This document shows, piece after piece, positions 20,146-31,927 of a DNA stretch of 64,000 bases (positions within the stretch are counted from its first letter, which is position 1; every line of letters begins with the position of its first letter). The position numbers and the translations under genes are program-made. The DNA is from Escherichia coli (GTDB lineage Bacteria; Pseudomonadota; Gammaproteobacteria; Enterobacterales; Enterobacteriaceae): assembly GCF_029227855.1 (NCBI RefSeq), contig NZ_CP074356.1; one strand, given 5' to 3'. The notes beneath the pieces are model-generated. The model made no database searches and had not been told where the DNA came from. It saw only the letters and a program-made list of their open reading frames with translations.

Positions 20146-21198
20146 ATGACAGATATTGCGCAGTTGCTTGGCAAAGACGCCGACAACCTTTTACAGCACC
20201 GTTGTATGACTATTCCTTCTGACCAGCTTTATCTCCCCGGACATGACTACGTAGACCGCGTGATGATTGACAATAATCGCCCGCCAGCGGTGTTACGTAA
20301 TATGCAGACGTTGTACAACACTGGGCGTCTGGCTGGCACAGGATATCTTTCTATTCTGCCCGTTGACCAGGGCGTTGAGCACTCTGCCGGAGCTTCATTT
20401 GCCGCTAACCCGCTCTACTTTGACCCGAAAAACATTGTTGAACTGGCGATCGAAGCGGGCTGTAACTGTGTGGCGTCAACTTACGGCGTGCTGGCGTCGG
20501 TATCGCGGCGTTACGCGCATCGCATTCCATTCCTCGTCAAACTTAATCACAACGAGACGCTAAGTTACCCGAATACATACGATCAAACGCTGTATGCCAG
20601 CGTGGAGCAGGCGTTCAACATGGGCGCGGTGGCGGTTGGTGCGACTATCTATTTTGGCTCGGAAGAGTCACGTCGCCAGATTGAAGAAATTTCTGCGGCT
20701 TTTGAACGTGCGCACGAGCTGGGCATGGTGACAGTGCTGTGGGCCTATTTGCGTAACTCCGCCTTTAAGAAAGATGGCGTTGATTACCATGTTTCCGCCG
20801 ACCTGACTGGTCAGGCGAACCATCTGGCGGCAACCATAGGTGCAGATATCGTCAAACAAAAAATGGCTGAAAATAACGGCGGCTATAAAGCGATTAATTA
20901 CGGTTATACCGACGATCGCGTGTACAGCAAGTTGACCAGCGAAAACCCGATTGATCTGGTGCGTTATCAGTTAGCTAACTGCTATATGGGCCGCGCAGGG
21001 TTGATAAACTCCGGCGGTGCTGCAGGCGGTGAAACTGACCTCAGCGATGCAGTGCGTACTGCGGTTATCAACAAACGCGCTGGCGGAATGGGGCTGATTC
21101 TTGGACGTAAGGCGTTCAAGAAATCGATGGCTGACGGCGTGAAACTGATTAACGCCGTGCAGGACGTTTATCTCGATAGCAAAATTACTATCGCCTGA
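20146..21198 (+). CDS. fbaB: Fructose-bisphosphate aldolase class I
   Basis: ORF 20074..21198; start placed at [14 protein letters not shown] (350 aa). Confidence 0.9.
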
Positions 21199-21282
21199 TA
21201 CGCCTTATACGAACAGCACTACCCCGTATGACGGAAAAGGCGTTTACGTCGCATCCGGCATAAAAACACGCGCACTTTGCTA

Positions 21283-21312
21283 CGGCTTCCCTATCGGGAG
21301 GCCGTTTTTTTG
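21283..21312 (+). terminator. Probable terminator after fbaB
   Basis: Imperfect hairpin cggcttccc / gggaggccg followed by ttttttt. Confidence 0.4.
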
Positions 21313-21371
21313 CCTGTCATTCTGATTAATTTTCGAATTGTCGTTTTTGTGATCGTTATCTCGACATTTAA

Positions 21372-23571
<2,200 letters not shown>

Positions 23572-23580
23572 GGACGGTAT

Positions 23581-24033
23581 ATGACTAACCTGTTTGTTCG
23601 TAGCGGAATTTCTTTTGTCGATCGTAGCGAAGTTTTAACCCATATCGGTAATGAGATGCTCGCGAAAGGTGTGGTTCATGATACCTGGCCACAGGCATTA
23701 ATTGCCAGAGAAGCAGAATTCCCTACCGGGATAATGCTTGAGCAGCACGCCATTGCAATACCGCATTGTGAGGCGATTCATGCTAAGTCGTCAGCCATTT
23801 ATCTGTTAAGGCCAACAAATAAAGTTCATTTTCAGCAAGCGGATGATGATAACGACGTGGCGGTATCGTTGGTTATTGCGTTAATTGTGGAAAATCCGCA
23901 GCAGCAATTGAAACTTTTACGCTGTTTATTTGGCAAGTTACAACAGCCCGAGATCGTCGAGACACTAATCACTCTTCATGAAACCCAGTTAAAGGAATAC
24001 TTCACAAAGTATGTTTTAGATTCAGACGAATAA
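23581..24033 (+). CDS. gatA: PTS galactitol-specific EIIA component
   Basis: 150-aa ORF in the gat operon. Confidence 0.9.
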   Translation: MTNLFVRSGISFVDRSEVLTHIGNEMLAKGVVHDTWPQALIAREAEFPTGIMLEQHAIAIPHCEAIHAKSSAIYLLRPTNKVHFQQADDDNDVAVSLVIALIVENPQQQLKLLRCLFGKLQQPEIVETLITLHETQLKEYFTKYVLDSDE

Positions 24034-24063
24034 ATCCCTCTGTAACAATAAAAAGGACTATTT

Positions 24064-24348
24064 ATGAAACGCAAGATTATTGTCGCTTGCGGAGGCGCGG
24101 TTGCGACCTCTACGATGGCGGCGGAAGAAATTAAAGAGTTGTGTCAGAGTCATAATATTCCTGTTGAATTAATCCAGTGTCGGGTTAATGAAATAGAGAC
24201 CTATATGGATGGTGTGCATTTGATATGTACTACCGCCAAAGTTGACCGTAGTTTTGGCGATATTCCGTTAGTTCACGGCATGCCTTTTGTTTCTGGTGTC
24301 GGTATCGAAGCATTACAAAATAAAATTCTGACTATCTTACAGGGGTGA
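24064..24348 (+). CDS. gatB: PTS galactitol-specific EIIB component
   Basis: 94-aa ORF with N-terminal active-site Cys ([16 protein letters not shown]). Confidence 0.9.
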   Translation: MKRKIIVACGGAVATSTMAAEEIKELCQSHNIPVELIQCRVNEIETYMDGVHLICTTAKVDRSFGDIPLVHGMPFVSGVGIEALQNKILTILQG

Positions 24349-24351
24349 CCT

Positions 24352-25707
24352 ATGTTTTCAGAAGTCATGCGTTATATTCTCGACCTCGGCCCTACGGTGA
24401 TGCTGCCGATTGTCATCATTATTTTTTCTAAAATATTAGGCATGAAGGCAGGCGATTGCTTTAAAGCAGGTCTGCATATCGGGATTGGCTTTGTTGGCAT
24501 TGGCCTTGTGATTGGCTTAATGCTGGATTCCATTGGTCCGGCGGCGAAAGCGATGGCGGAAAATTTCGACCTGAATCTGCATGTGGTCGATGTCGGCTGG
24601 CCGGGCTCTTCACCAATGACCTGGGCGTCGCAAATTGCGCTGGTGGCGATTCCGATTGCGATTCTGGTTAACGTGGCGATGTTACTGACCCGTATGACGC
24701 GGGTGGTAAATGTTGATATCTGGAATATCTGGCATATGACCTTCACCGGCGCGTTGCTGCATCTGGCAACCGGTTCATGGATGATAGGGATGGCGGGTGT
24801 GGTAATTCACGCGGCGTTTGTTTATAAGCTCGGCGACTGGTTTGCCCGCGATACCCGAAATTTCTTTGAGCTGGAAGGCATTGCTATTCCGCACGGTACG
24901 TCGGCGTATCTGGGGCCAATTGCGGTGCTGGTCGATGCTATCATCGAGAAAATCCCAGGCGTTAACCGAATTAAATTTAGTGCCGATGATATTCAGCGCA
25001 AGTTTGGCCCATTTGGCGAACCTGTCACCGTGGGTTTTGTGATGGGGCTGATTATCGGCATCCTCGCGGGTTACGATGTCAAAGGTGTATTGCAGCTGGC
25101 GGTAAAGACGGCGGCAGTTATGCTGCTGATGCCGCGGGTGATTAAACCCATCATGGATGGTTTAACGCCCATCGCTAAGCAGGCCCGTAGTCGTTTACAG
25201 GCGAAGTTCGGCGGTCAGGAGTTCCTGATTTGCCTTGATCCGGCGTTGCTGCTGGGGCATACGGCGGTGGTATCGGCAAGCCTGATTTTTATCCCTCTCA
25301 CCATTTTAATTGCTGTTTGTGTTCCGGGTAATCAGGTGCTGCCGTTTGGCGATCTTGCAACTATCGGCTTCTTCGTGGCGATGGCGGTCGCGGTGCATCG
25401 TGGAAATCTGTTCCGCACCTTAATCTCGGGTGTCATCATTATGAGCATCACCCTGTGGATCGCGACGCAAACTATTGTTTTGCACACCCAACTGGCGGCT
25501 AATGCTGGGGCGTTAAAAGCCGGGGGTATGGTGGCTTCAATGGATCAGGGCGGTTCTCCCATTACCTGGTTACTGATTCAGGTTTTCTCCCCGCAAAATA
25601 TTCCCGGTTTCATTATTATCGGTGCCATTTATCTTACCGGTATTTTCATGACCTGGCGTAGAGCGCGCGGCTTTATTAAACAAGAGAAAGCCGTTCTCGC
25701 AGAATAA
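24352..25707 (+). CDS. gatC: PTS galactitol-specific EIIC permease
   Basis: 451-aa polytopic membrane protein. Confidence 0.9.
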   Translation: MFSEVMRYILDLGPTVMLPIVIIIFSKILGMKAGDCFKAGLHIGIGFVGIGLVIGLMLDSIGPAAKAMAENFDLNLHVVDVGWPGSSPMTWASQIALVAIPIAILVNVAMLLTRMTRVVNVDIWNIWHMTFTGALLHLATGSWMIGMAGVVIHAAFVYKLGDWFARDTRNFFELEGIAIPHGTSAYLGPIAVLVDAIIEKIPGVNRIKFSADDIQRKFGPFGEPVTVGFVMGLIIGILAGYDVKGVLQLAVKTAAVMLLMPRVIKPIMDGLTPIAKQARSRLQAKFGGQEFLICLDPALLLGHTAVVSASLIFIPLTILIAVCVPGNQVLPFGDLATIGFFVAMAVAVHRGNLFRTLISGVIIMSITLWIATQTIVLHTQLAANAGALKAGGMVASMDQGGSPITWLLIQVFSPQNIPGFIIIGAIYLTGIFMTWRRARGFIKQEKAVLAE

Positions 25708-25754
25708 TTTTTACCTGAGGGGGAGGTTATCCCCCTTAATAATCAGGAGTTTTT

Positions 25755-26795
25755 ATGAAATCAGTGGTGAATGATACTGATGGTATCGTGCGCGTTGCAG
25801 AAAGCGTCATTCCTGAAATTAAACATCAGGATGAGGTGCGGGTAAAAATTGCCAGCTCGGGATTATGTGGTTCCGATTTACCCAGGATATTTAAAAATGG
25901 TGCACATTATTATCCAATAACGTTAGGCCATGAATTTAGCGGCTATATTGATGCGGTGGGATCCGGTGTTGATGATTTACACCCTGGCGATGCGGTTGCC
26001 TGTGTGCCGTTATTACCCTGTTTTACTTGTCCAGAGTGTCTAAAAGGGTTTTATTCCCAGTGCGCAAAATATGATTTTATTGGCTCGCGGCGTGATGGTG
26101 GATTTGCTGAATATATTGTCGTTAAGCGAAAAAATGTCTTTGCTCTACCCACGGATATGTCTATTGAGGATGGGGCTTTTATTGAGCCGATTACCGTTGG
26201 CCTGCATGCTTTTCATTTAGCGCAAGGTTGTGAGAATAAAAACGTTATTATTATTGGTGCCGGAACCATTGGCCTGCTGGCAATTCAGTGCGCTGTCGCG
26301 CTGGGAGCAAAGAGTGTGACGGCTATCGACATTAGCTCAGAAAAACTGGCACTGGCAAAATCTTTCGGTGCGATGCAAACATTTAACAGCCTTGAAATGA
26401 GCGCGCCGCAAATGCAGGGCGTTTTACGCGAGCTGCGCTTTAATCAGCTTATCCTCGAGACGGCTGGTGTCCCGCAAACCGTCGAACTGGCGGTAGAGAT
26501 TGCCGGGCCTCATGCCCAGCTGGCGCTGGTGGGCACGTTGCATCAGGATCTGCATTTAACATCGACAACGTTTGGCAAAATATTACGTAAAGAGCTGACG
26601 GTTATCGGCAGCTGGATGAACTACTCCAGCCCTTGGCCGGGGCAGGAGTGGGAAACGGCGAGCCGGTTGCTGACAGAACGTAAGTTAAGCCTGGAGCCAT
26701 TAATCGCTCACCGTGGAAGCTTTGAAAGCTTCACCCAGGCGGTGCGTGACATCGCTCGTAATGCTATGCCGGGCAAAGTGTTGCTCATTCCCTGA
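25755..26795 (+). CDS. gatD: Galactitol-1-phosphate 5-dehydrogenase (Zn-dependent MDR)
   Basis: 346-aa ORF; GHEFSG Zn-ADH motif and GAGTIGL Rossmann motif. Confidence 0.9.
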   Translation: MKSVVNDTDGIVRVAESVIPEIKHQDEVRVKIASSGLCGSDLPRIFKNGAHYYPITLGHEFSGYIDAVGSGVDDLHPGDAVACVPLLPCFTCPECLKGFYSQCAKYDFIGSRRDGGFAEYIVVKRKNVFALPTDMSIEDGAFIEPITVGLHAFHLAQGCENKNVIIIGAGTIGLLAIQCAVALGAKSVTAIDISSEKLALAKSFGAMQTFNSLEMSAPQMQGVLRELRFNQLILETAGVPQTVELAVEIAGPHAQLALVGTLHQDLHLTSTTFGKILRKELTVIGSWMNYSSPWPGQEWETASRLLTERKLSLEPLIAHRGSFESFTQAVRDIARNAMPGKVLLIP

Positions 26796-26900
26796 AACCG
26801 CGGGCCAGCGTGATGCTGGCCCGGTATTGTGCAAAACAGATCATTCACCAATGGTCCCCCTTCGTTTACACTAGCCACAATTGAATATGGGTAAATGACG

Positions 26901-27674
26901 ATGAATTCATTCGAGCGAAGGAATAAGATCATCCAATTAGTGAATGAACAGGGAACCGTGCTTGTTCAGGATCTGGCGGGAGTATTTGCTGCCTCGGAAG
27001 CGACAATCCGTGCCGATTTGCGCTTTCTCGAACAAAAAGGCGTGGTTACGCGCTTTCATGGCGGTGCGGCGAAAATAATGTCCGGTAATAGTGAAACCGA
27101 GACCCAGGAAGTCGGGTTTAAAGAGCGATTTCAGCTCGCCAGCGCGCCAAAAAACAGAATAGCGCAGGCGGCAGTCAAAATGATCCACGAAGGGATGACC
27201 GTTATTCTCGACAGCGGAAGTACGACAATGCTTATCGCCGAAGGATTAATGACCGCCAAAAATATCACGGTGATTACCAACAGTCTCCCGGCAGCATTTG
27301 CCCTTTCCGAAAATAAAGACATTACTCTGGTCGTCTGTGGTGGGACCGTCCGCCATAAAACACGCTCGATGCATGGTTCCATTGCCGAGCGTTCATTGCA
27401 GGATATTAATGCCGATTTAATGTTTGTCGGTGCTGATGGTATTGATGCGGTTAATGGTATTACGACCTTTAATGAAGGTTATTCGATTAGCGGGGCGATG
27501 GTTACAGCCGCAAATAAAGTGATTGCCGTTCTCGATTCATCGAAATTTAATCGTCGCGGTTTTAATCAGGTACTGCCAATCGAAAAAATTGACATTATTA
27601 TTACCGATGATGCCGTGTCAGAGGTGGATAAACTGGCATTGCAGAAGACACGGGTGAAATTAATTACGGTGTAG
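26901..27674 (+). CDS. gatR: DeoR-family repressor of the galactitol operon (uninterrupted)
   Basis: ORF 26895..27674; start placed at MNSFERRNKIIQL (alternative start two codons upstream); DeoR HTH plus sugar-binding domain; reading frame is continuous. Confidence 0.85.
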   Translation: MNSFERRNKIIQLVNEQGTVLVQDLAGVFAASEATIRADLRFLEQKGVVTRFHGGAAKIMSGNSETETQEVGFKERFQLASAPKNRIAQAAVKMIHEGMTVILDSGSTTMLIAEGLMTAKNITVITNSLPAAFALSENKDITLVVCGGTVRHKTRSMHGSIAERSLQDINADLMFVGADGIDAVNGITTFNEGYSISGAMVTAANKVIAVLDSSKFNRRGFNQVLPIEKIDIIITDDAVSEVDKLALQKTRVKLITV

Positions 27675-27685
27675 TATTGCTCTGT

Positions 27686-27719
27686 ATGCCGGATAAAGTT
27701 TTTACACCGCATCCGGCAT
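27686..27719. repeat. REP-like palindromic element / terminator
   Basis: atgccggat (27686-27694) ... atccggcat (27711-27719). Confidence 0.4.
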
Positions 27720-27755
27720 TACGGATTCTCCCTGGTTCAAGAGAGAATAGTGTGA

Positions 27756-28655
27756 TTAACGCAACAATGGGCAATCTGGTGGTAATCGACAACGCAACGC
27801 CGCCGGAAGTATTTCAATATGAAAGTTTTGTCCGCTCAACGGTTCGCCATCAAGATTAAAAGTGATTTCGTGTGGGGCTTGTATATCAAACCACGACGAA
27901 GCGCCTTCGATAATATTCGGGTTATCTTCGTCAGATTTTAATGTTGATACGAGAGCCGGAAGAATTTCATCGCCGGTAAAAATGCGCAGTTGCAGCAAGC
28001 CATCGTTAATTAACGCGTTCGGGCACAATTGCTGACCGCCACCGGCCTGACGCCCGTTACCAATACCAATGACCAGGGCGTCACCTTGCCAGTGAAAGTT
28101 TTCACCGCGGATCTCACAACGGTCCGGTTGCAGAGTATCCATGCGCATTAAGCCATGAATGATGTAAGAGACGCCACCCAGCGCGGCTTTTAATTTTTCC
28201 GGCGTTTCTGTGGTAATACGCGTCCCAAATCCGCCTGTCGCCATATTAATAAAACAGGTTTGTTTGTTGACCTGCGCCATATCTATCGCAATGGCGTCAC
28301 CGGCAATTGCCAGTTTCAGCGCCTTATCCAGTGCCTCAGGAATCCTTACACTGGTGGCAAAATCATTGGCGGTTCCTAATGGCAAAATTCCTAGCGCGGG
28401 TATGTCATCCCCCTCACACTGAATCAACGCCGTAGAAACTTCATTAATGGTGCCATCGCCACCACCGGCAATCACCGTTGCGACGCCCAACTTCCGGGCC
28501 TCCTCTACATATCGTGCGGCATCGCCTTTCTCCCAGGTGACCCGCACATGGATCGTCATTCCTTCCTCACGCAACAGCATAATTGCTTCGCGCAATGGTA
28601 AATTGTCAGTACTTTTGCCATTAAGAATCAGTAAGCTGGCGGGAAATTCTGCCAT
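27756..28655 (-). CDS. yegS: Lipid kinase YegS (diacylglycerol kinase catalytic domain family)
   Basis: 299-aa ORF with DAGK-type nucleotide-binding pattern (..[13 protein letters not shown]..). Confidence 0.85.
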   Translation of the reverse strand: MAEFPASLLILNGKSTDNLPLREAIMLLREEGMTIHVRVTWEKGDAARYVEEARKLGVATVIAGGGDGTINEVSTALIQCEGDDIPALGILPLGTANDFATSVRIPEALDKALKLAIAGDAIAIDMAQVNKQTCFINMATGGFGTRITTETPEKLKAALGGVSYIIHGLMRMDTLQPDRCEIRGENFHWQGDALVIGIGNGRQAGGGQQLCPNALINDGLLQLRIFTGDEILPALVSTLKSDEDNPNIIEGASSWFDIQAPHEITFNLDGEPLSGQNFHIEILPAALRCRLPPDCPLLR

Positions 28656-29069
28656 GATCGTATGTGCCTTTATGATTGGTCTGTAGATAGTGTATAGCAG
28701 AAAAGAAAAGGTGGAGTCAGAACAGGATGAAAGTCGGAGGATAAAAAATCAGTTCAAGTATGGAGGATTCAGTGGTTACCACCAGGAGCTTGCAATGGGG
28801 ACAGTGAATGTTAACGGTAGCCACCGGTAAATTTCAAAAAAGAGCATATACCTAATATTCAACTAAACAGTGGCATCTTCAATATACTATTAAAAATATA
28901 TTAACCCCCCCATGGGGTTACCCGGAAGGGCCTCCGTGTATGTAATTCCTACTTATGTAGGAAATGTTGTACAGAACATTTATTATAATCCTATTCAATT
29001 ATAATAATCATGCCATTATTATATTTAAACACCAGAGCGTGTCGTTGGTATTTAATGGGGGAAGGTGAG

Positions 29070-29387
29070 ATGAAAAAGATAGCTGCTATATCATTAATTA
29101 GTATTTTTCTTATGTCTGGTTGTGCTGTGCATAATGATGAAACAAGTATCGGTAAATTTGGTCTTGCATATAAAAGTAATATTCAGCGTAAACTCGATAA
29201 CCAATACTACACCGAAGCCGAAGCTTCTTTAGCCAGGGGCAGAATTTCTGGTGCAGAAAATATAGTAAAAAATGATGCAGCTCATTTCTGTGTTACTCAG
29301 GGCAAAAAAATGCAGATAGTTGACCTGAAGACAGAAGGTGCAGGATTACATGGCGTCGCTCGTCTGACATTCAAATGTGGAGAGTGA
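29070..29387 (+). CDS. yegR: Small lipoprotein-like protein YegR
   Basis: ORF 29010..29387; start placed at MKKIAAISLISIFLMSGC (105 aa; lipobox LMSGC). Confidence 0.7.
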   Translation: MKKIAAISLISIFLMSGCAVHNDETSIGKFGLAYKSNIQRKLDNQYYTEAEASLARGRISGAENIVKNDAAHFCVTQGKKMQIVDLKTEGAGLHGVARLTFKCGE

Positions 29388-29557
29388 GAATATTTTTTGG
29401 TAAGCGTCAAACATGCGCGTTCTGATTGTGCGTAGCCGGAACCTGTACGAGCACGATGCCGTTAAGTGAAAGGCATCGTGCTATGAAGGGGGATTCTATC
29501 GATGTGGTCAATGGAAGACGGTCACCTGGGATCAATCCGTCTCTATGGTTTATGCAC

Positions 29558-29584
29558 AAAAAATAAGCCCGTGTAAGGGAGATT
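29558..29584. other. Phage P2-type attachment core (attB) overlapping the CyaR 3' end; appears unoccupied
   Basis: Sequence aaaaaataagcccgtgtaagggagatt equals the P2 att core as recalled from memory; no ogr/P2-like genes flank it here. Confidence 0.45.
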
Positions 29585-29644
29585 ACACAGGCTAAGGAGG
29601 TGGTTCCTGGTACAGCTAGCATTTTATGGGTTATGTTTTTCAGC
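29558..29644 (-). ncRNA. cyaR: CyaR (RyeE) Hfq-dependent small RNA
   Basis: Minus strand reads GCUGAAAAACAUAACCCAUAAAAUGCUAGCUGUACCAGGAACCACCUCCUUAGCCUGUGUAAUCUCCCUUACACGGGCUUAUUUUUU, matching the CyaR sequence as recalled, including the terminal hairpin and U-tail. Confidence 0.8.
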
Positions 29645-29728
29645 GAAACAGATGATAACCTTAATAAATGCAGCTGTATGTGATCGGTTTCTAAGAATTT
29701 TCCATCCGGGAAAAATAATCGAAATTAA

Positions 29729-31090
29729 TCACTTACCGTGGGGGTTACGCGTGGTTTCCCCGGAGAAATTACGCATCAGCAGCGCGTAATTTAGCTCAAG
29801 ATCCTGCGGCACCGGGATCCACACAGTATAACCATCGCCCGGTGCGACCGGCATTGCTTCGCCTTTGGCGTTTTCCATGTGCTCAAGGGTAAAGTTAATG
29901 TTCCCTTGCGGCGTCATCAGCTCAAGGCTGTCGCCAACGGAGAATTTATTTTTCACCGCTACCGCCGCGAGGTCGCCCTTGCGCTCACTGGTAAACTCAC
30001 CAACAAACTGCTGGCGGTCAGAAACTGAATAACCGTATTCGTAGTTCTGATAATCGTCGTGAGTATGACGACGCAGGAAACCTTCGGTATAGCCACGATG
30101 CGCCAGACCTTCCAGGGTTTCCAGCAGGCTGGTATCGAATGGTTTTCCCGCAGCTGCGTCATCGATAGCTTTACGGTAAACCTGCGCGGTGCGTGCGCAA
30201 TAGTAGAAAGATTTGGTACGGCCTTCGATTTTCAGCGAATGCACGCCCATTTTGGTCAGGCGTTCAACATGGGCGATGGCGCGCAGATCTTTCGAGTTCA
30301 TGATGTAAGTGCCGTGCTCATCTTCAAACGCGGTCATATACTCGCCCGGACGCTGGGCTTCTTCGATCATAAACACTTTGTCGGTTGGTGCGCCGATCCC
30401 CAGCGTCGGTTCAACGTTTTGCACCGGAATCGGTTCGTACTTGTGTACGATGTTGCCGACGTCATCTTCTTTCCCTTCCTGGACGTTATACTCCCAGCGG
30501 CAGGCGTTGGTGCAGGTGCCCTGGTTCGGGTCGCGCTTGTTGATATAGCCAGAGAGCAGGCAGCGACCGGAGTAGGCCATGCACAGCGCGCCGTGAACGA
30601 AGATTTCGATCTCCATATCTGGCACCTGATTGCGGATCTCTTCAATCTCTTCCAGTGACAGTTCGCGAGAGAGGATCACGCGGGTCAGACCCATTTGCTG
30701 CCAGAATTTCACCGTCGCCCAGTTCACGGCGTTAGCCTGTACTGAGAGATGGATCGGCATTTCAGGGAAGTGCTCGCGCACCAGCATAATCAGCCCTGGA
30801 TCAGACATAATCAGCGCATCCGGCCCCATTTCCACCACCGGTTTCAGGTCACGGATAAAGGTTTTCAGCTTGGCGTTGTGCGGTGCAATGTTGACCACGA
30901 CATAAAACTTTTTCCCCAGCGCGTGGGCTTCATTGATGCCGAGCTGAAGATTTTCGTGGTTGAATTCGTTGTTGCGCACACGCAGGGAGTAACGCGGCTG
31001 GCCCGCATAAACAGCATCTGCGCCATAAGCGAAAGCGTAACGCATATTTTTCAGCGTTCCCGCCGGGGAAAGGAGTTCCGGTTTAAACAT
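29729..31090 (-). CDS. yegQ: Peptidase U32-family protein (tRNA hydroxylation protein TrhP / YegQ)
   Basis: 453-aa ORF with U32-family conserved Cys-rich region. Confidence 0.85.
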   Translation of the reverse strand: MFKPELLSPAGTLKNMRYAFAYGADAVYAGQPRYSLRVRNNEFNHENLQLGINEAHALGKKFYVVVNIAPHNAKLKTFIRDLKPVVEMGPDALIMSDPGLIMLVREHFPEMPIHLSVQANAVNWATVKFWQQMGLTRVILSRELSLEEIEEIRNQVPDMEIEIFVHGALCMAYSGRCLLSGYINKRDPNQGTCTNACRWEYNVQEGKEDDVGNIVHKYEPIPVQNVEPTLGIGAPTDKVFMIEEAQRPGEYMTAFEDEHGTYIMNSKDLRAIAHVERLTKMGVHSLKIEGRTKSFYYCARTAQVYRKAIDDAAAGKPFDTSLLETLEGLAHRGYTEGFLRRHTHDDYQNYEYGYSVSDRQQFVGEFTSERKGDLAAVAVKNKFSVGDSLELMTPQGNINFTLEHMENAKGEAMPVAPGDGYTVWIPVPQDLELNYALLMRNFSGETTRNPHGK

Positions 31091-31291
31091 AATTCTCTCG
31101 TTCTGATGACAGGTCAGATCCGCTTCACCTGATGAAGCGGCCAGGGGAGTGCCCCCACTTTAAGGGCGGGCATTGTAGCGCAATCGTCGGGGTTGGCTCC
31201 AGTGTAATTGTGATGAGCTTTTCGATGCCTGGCGTACAATTGACATCAGAATTGAGTATATTTACGACCGTGAATGTTAAGGAGTTAAAAC

Positions 31292-31897
31292 ATGTGGATG
31301 TTAAAGAAGGGATTCACTCTGGCTCTGTTGGTTCTGTTTTCTCTGCCCGCTACTGCCGGTCTTTCGCTGGAGGAGACTGCTCGCAAGGTGATTATCGGCT
31401 TTCAGCAAGAAGATGCTCAATTAATCAACTCATTAATTGATAAAAAAACGGGGTTGTATGTTCTTTTCCACCGTGGCGCTTCGATGGATGTCGAAAATTT
31501 TAAGTCAATTGATTTTAAAACGCCTGTTCCCGAGTATTTGCTGTGGCCTTCGGCAGGGGAGCATATTCCGCGAGATGAAGAGTTTGATAAGAAAACTATC
31601 CCGGAATTTGACTGTGAACGTGGCTGGAATAAGCACGGATATTTTATTAGCAGCAGCGATACACACCATAAAGTCAGCCGTAATTTGGTCTTCACGCAGA
31701 TGTTTGGTTCACCGCGAAACACTATTTCTGATGCGCAGATTGCCGCAGCGCGTCGAATGGAGTACGGGGCCGTGCGTGTGGTCGCTGCGCCAGAAAAGGG
31801 TAGCGACGGACTGGTATTTTATTTAAGTCAACTTTACGGTTATGACACTGACTGGTATCTGACGGTGGTGGATCAGATTGGTGATTGTGGGGCGTGA
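31292..31897 (+). CDS. Hypothetical secreted protein (signal peptide), unknown function
   Basis: 201-aa ORF; N-terminus MWMLKKGFTLALLVLFSLPATAGLS resembles a Sec signal peptide; no family motif recognised. Lies in a segment I do not recall at this position in K-12. Confidence 0.55.
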   Translation: MWMLKKGFTLALLVLFSLPATAGLSLEETARKVIIGFQQEDAQLINSLIDKKTGLYVLFHRGASMDVENFKSIDFKTPVPEYLLWPSAGEHIPRDEEFDKKTIPEFDCERGWNKHGYFISSSDTHHKVSRNLVFTQMFGSPRNTISDAQIAAARRMEYGAVRVVAAPEKGSDGLVFYLSQLYGYDTDWYLTVVDQIGDCGA

Positions 31898-31927
31898 TAA
31901 AGATTTATCCGCCCGCAAGCAGTGATG

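Noticed and set aside
29010-29069. N-terminal extension of yegR (MPLLYLNTRACRWYLMGEGE..)
   Set aside because: The downstream Met gives a canonical lipoprotein signal peptide (MKKIAAISLISIFLMSGC); the upstream extension lacks one and lies in AT-rich promoter-like sequence.
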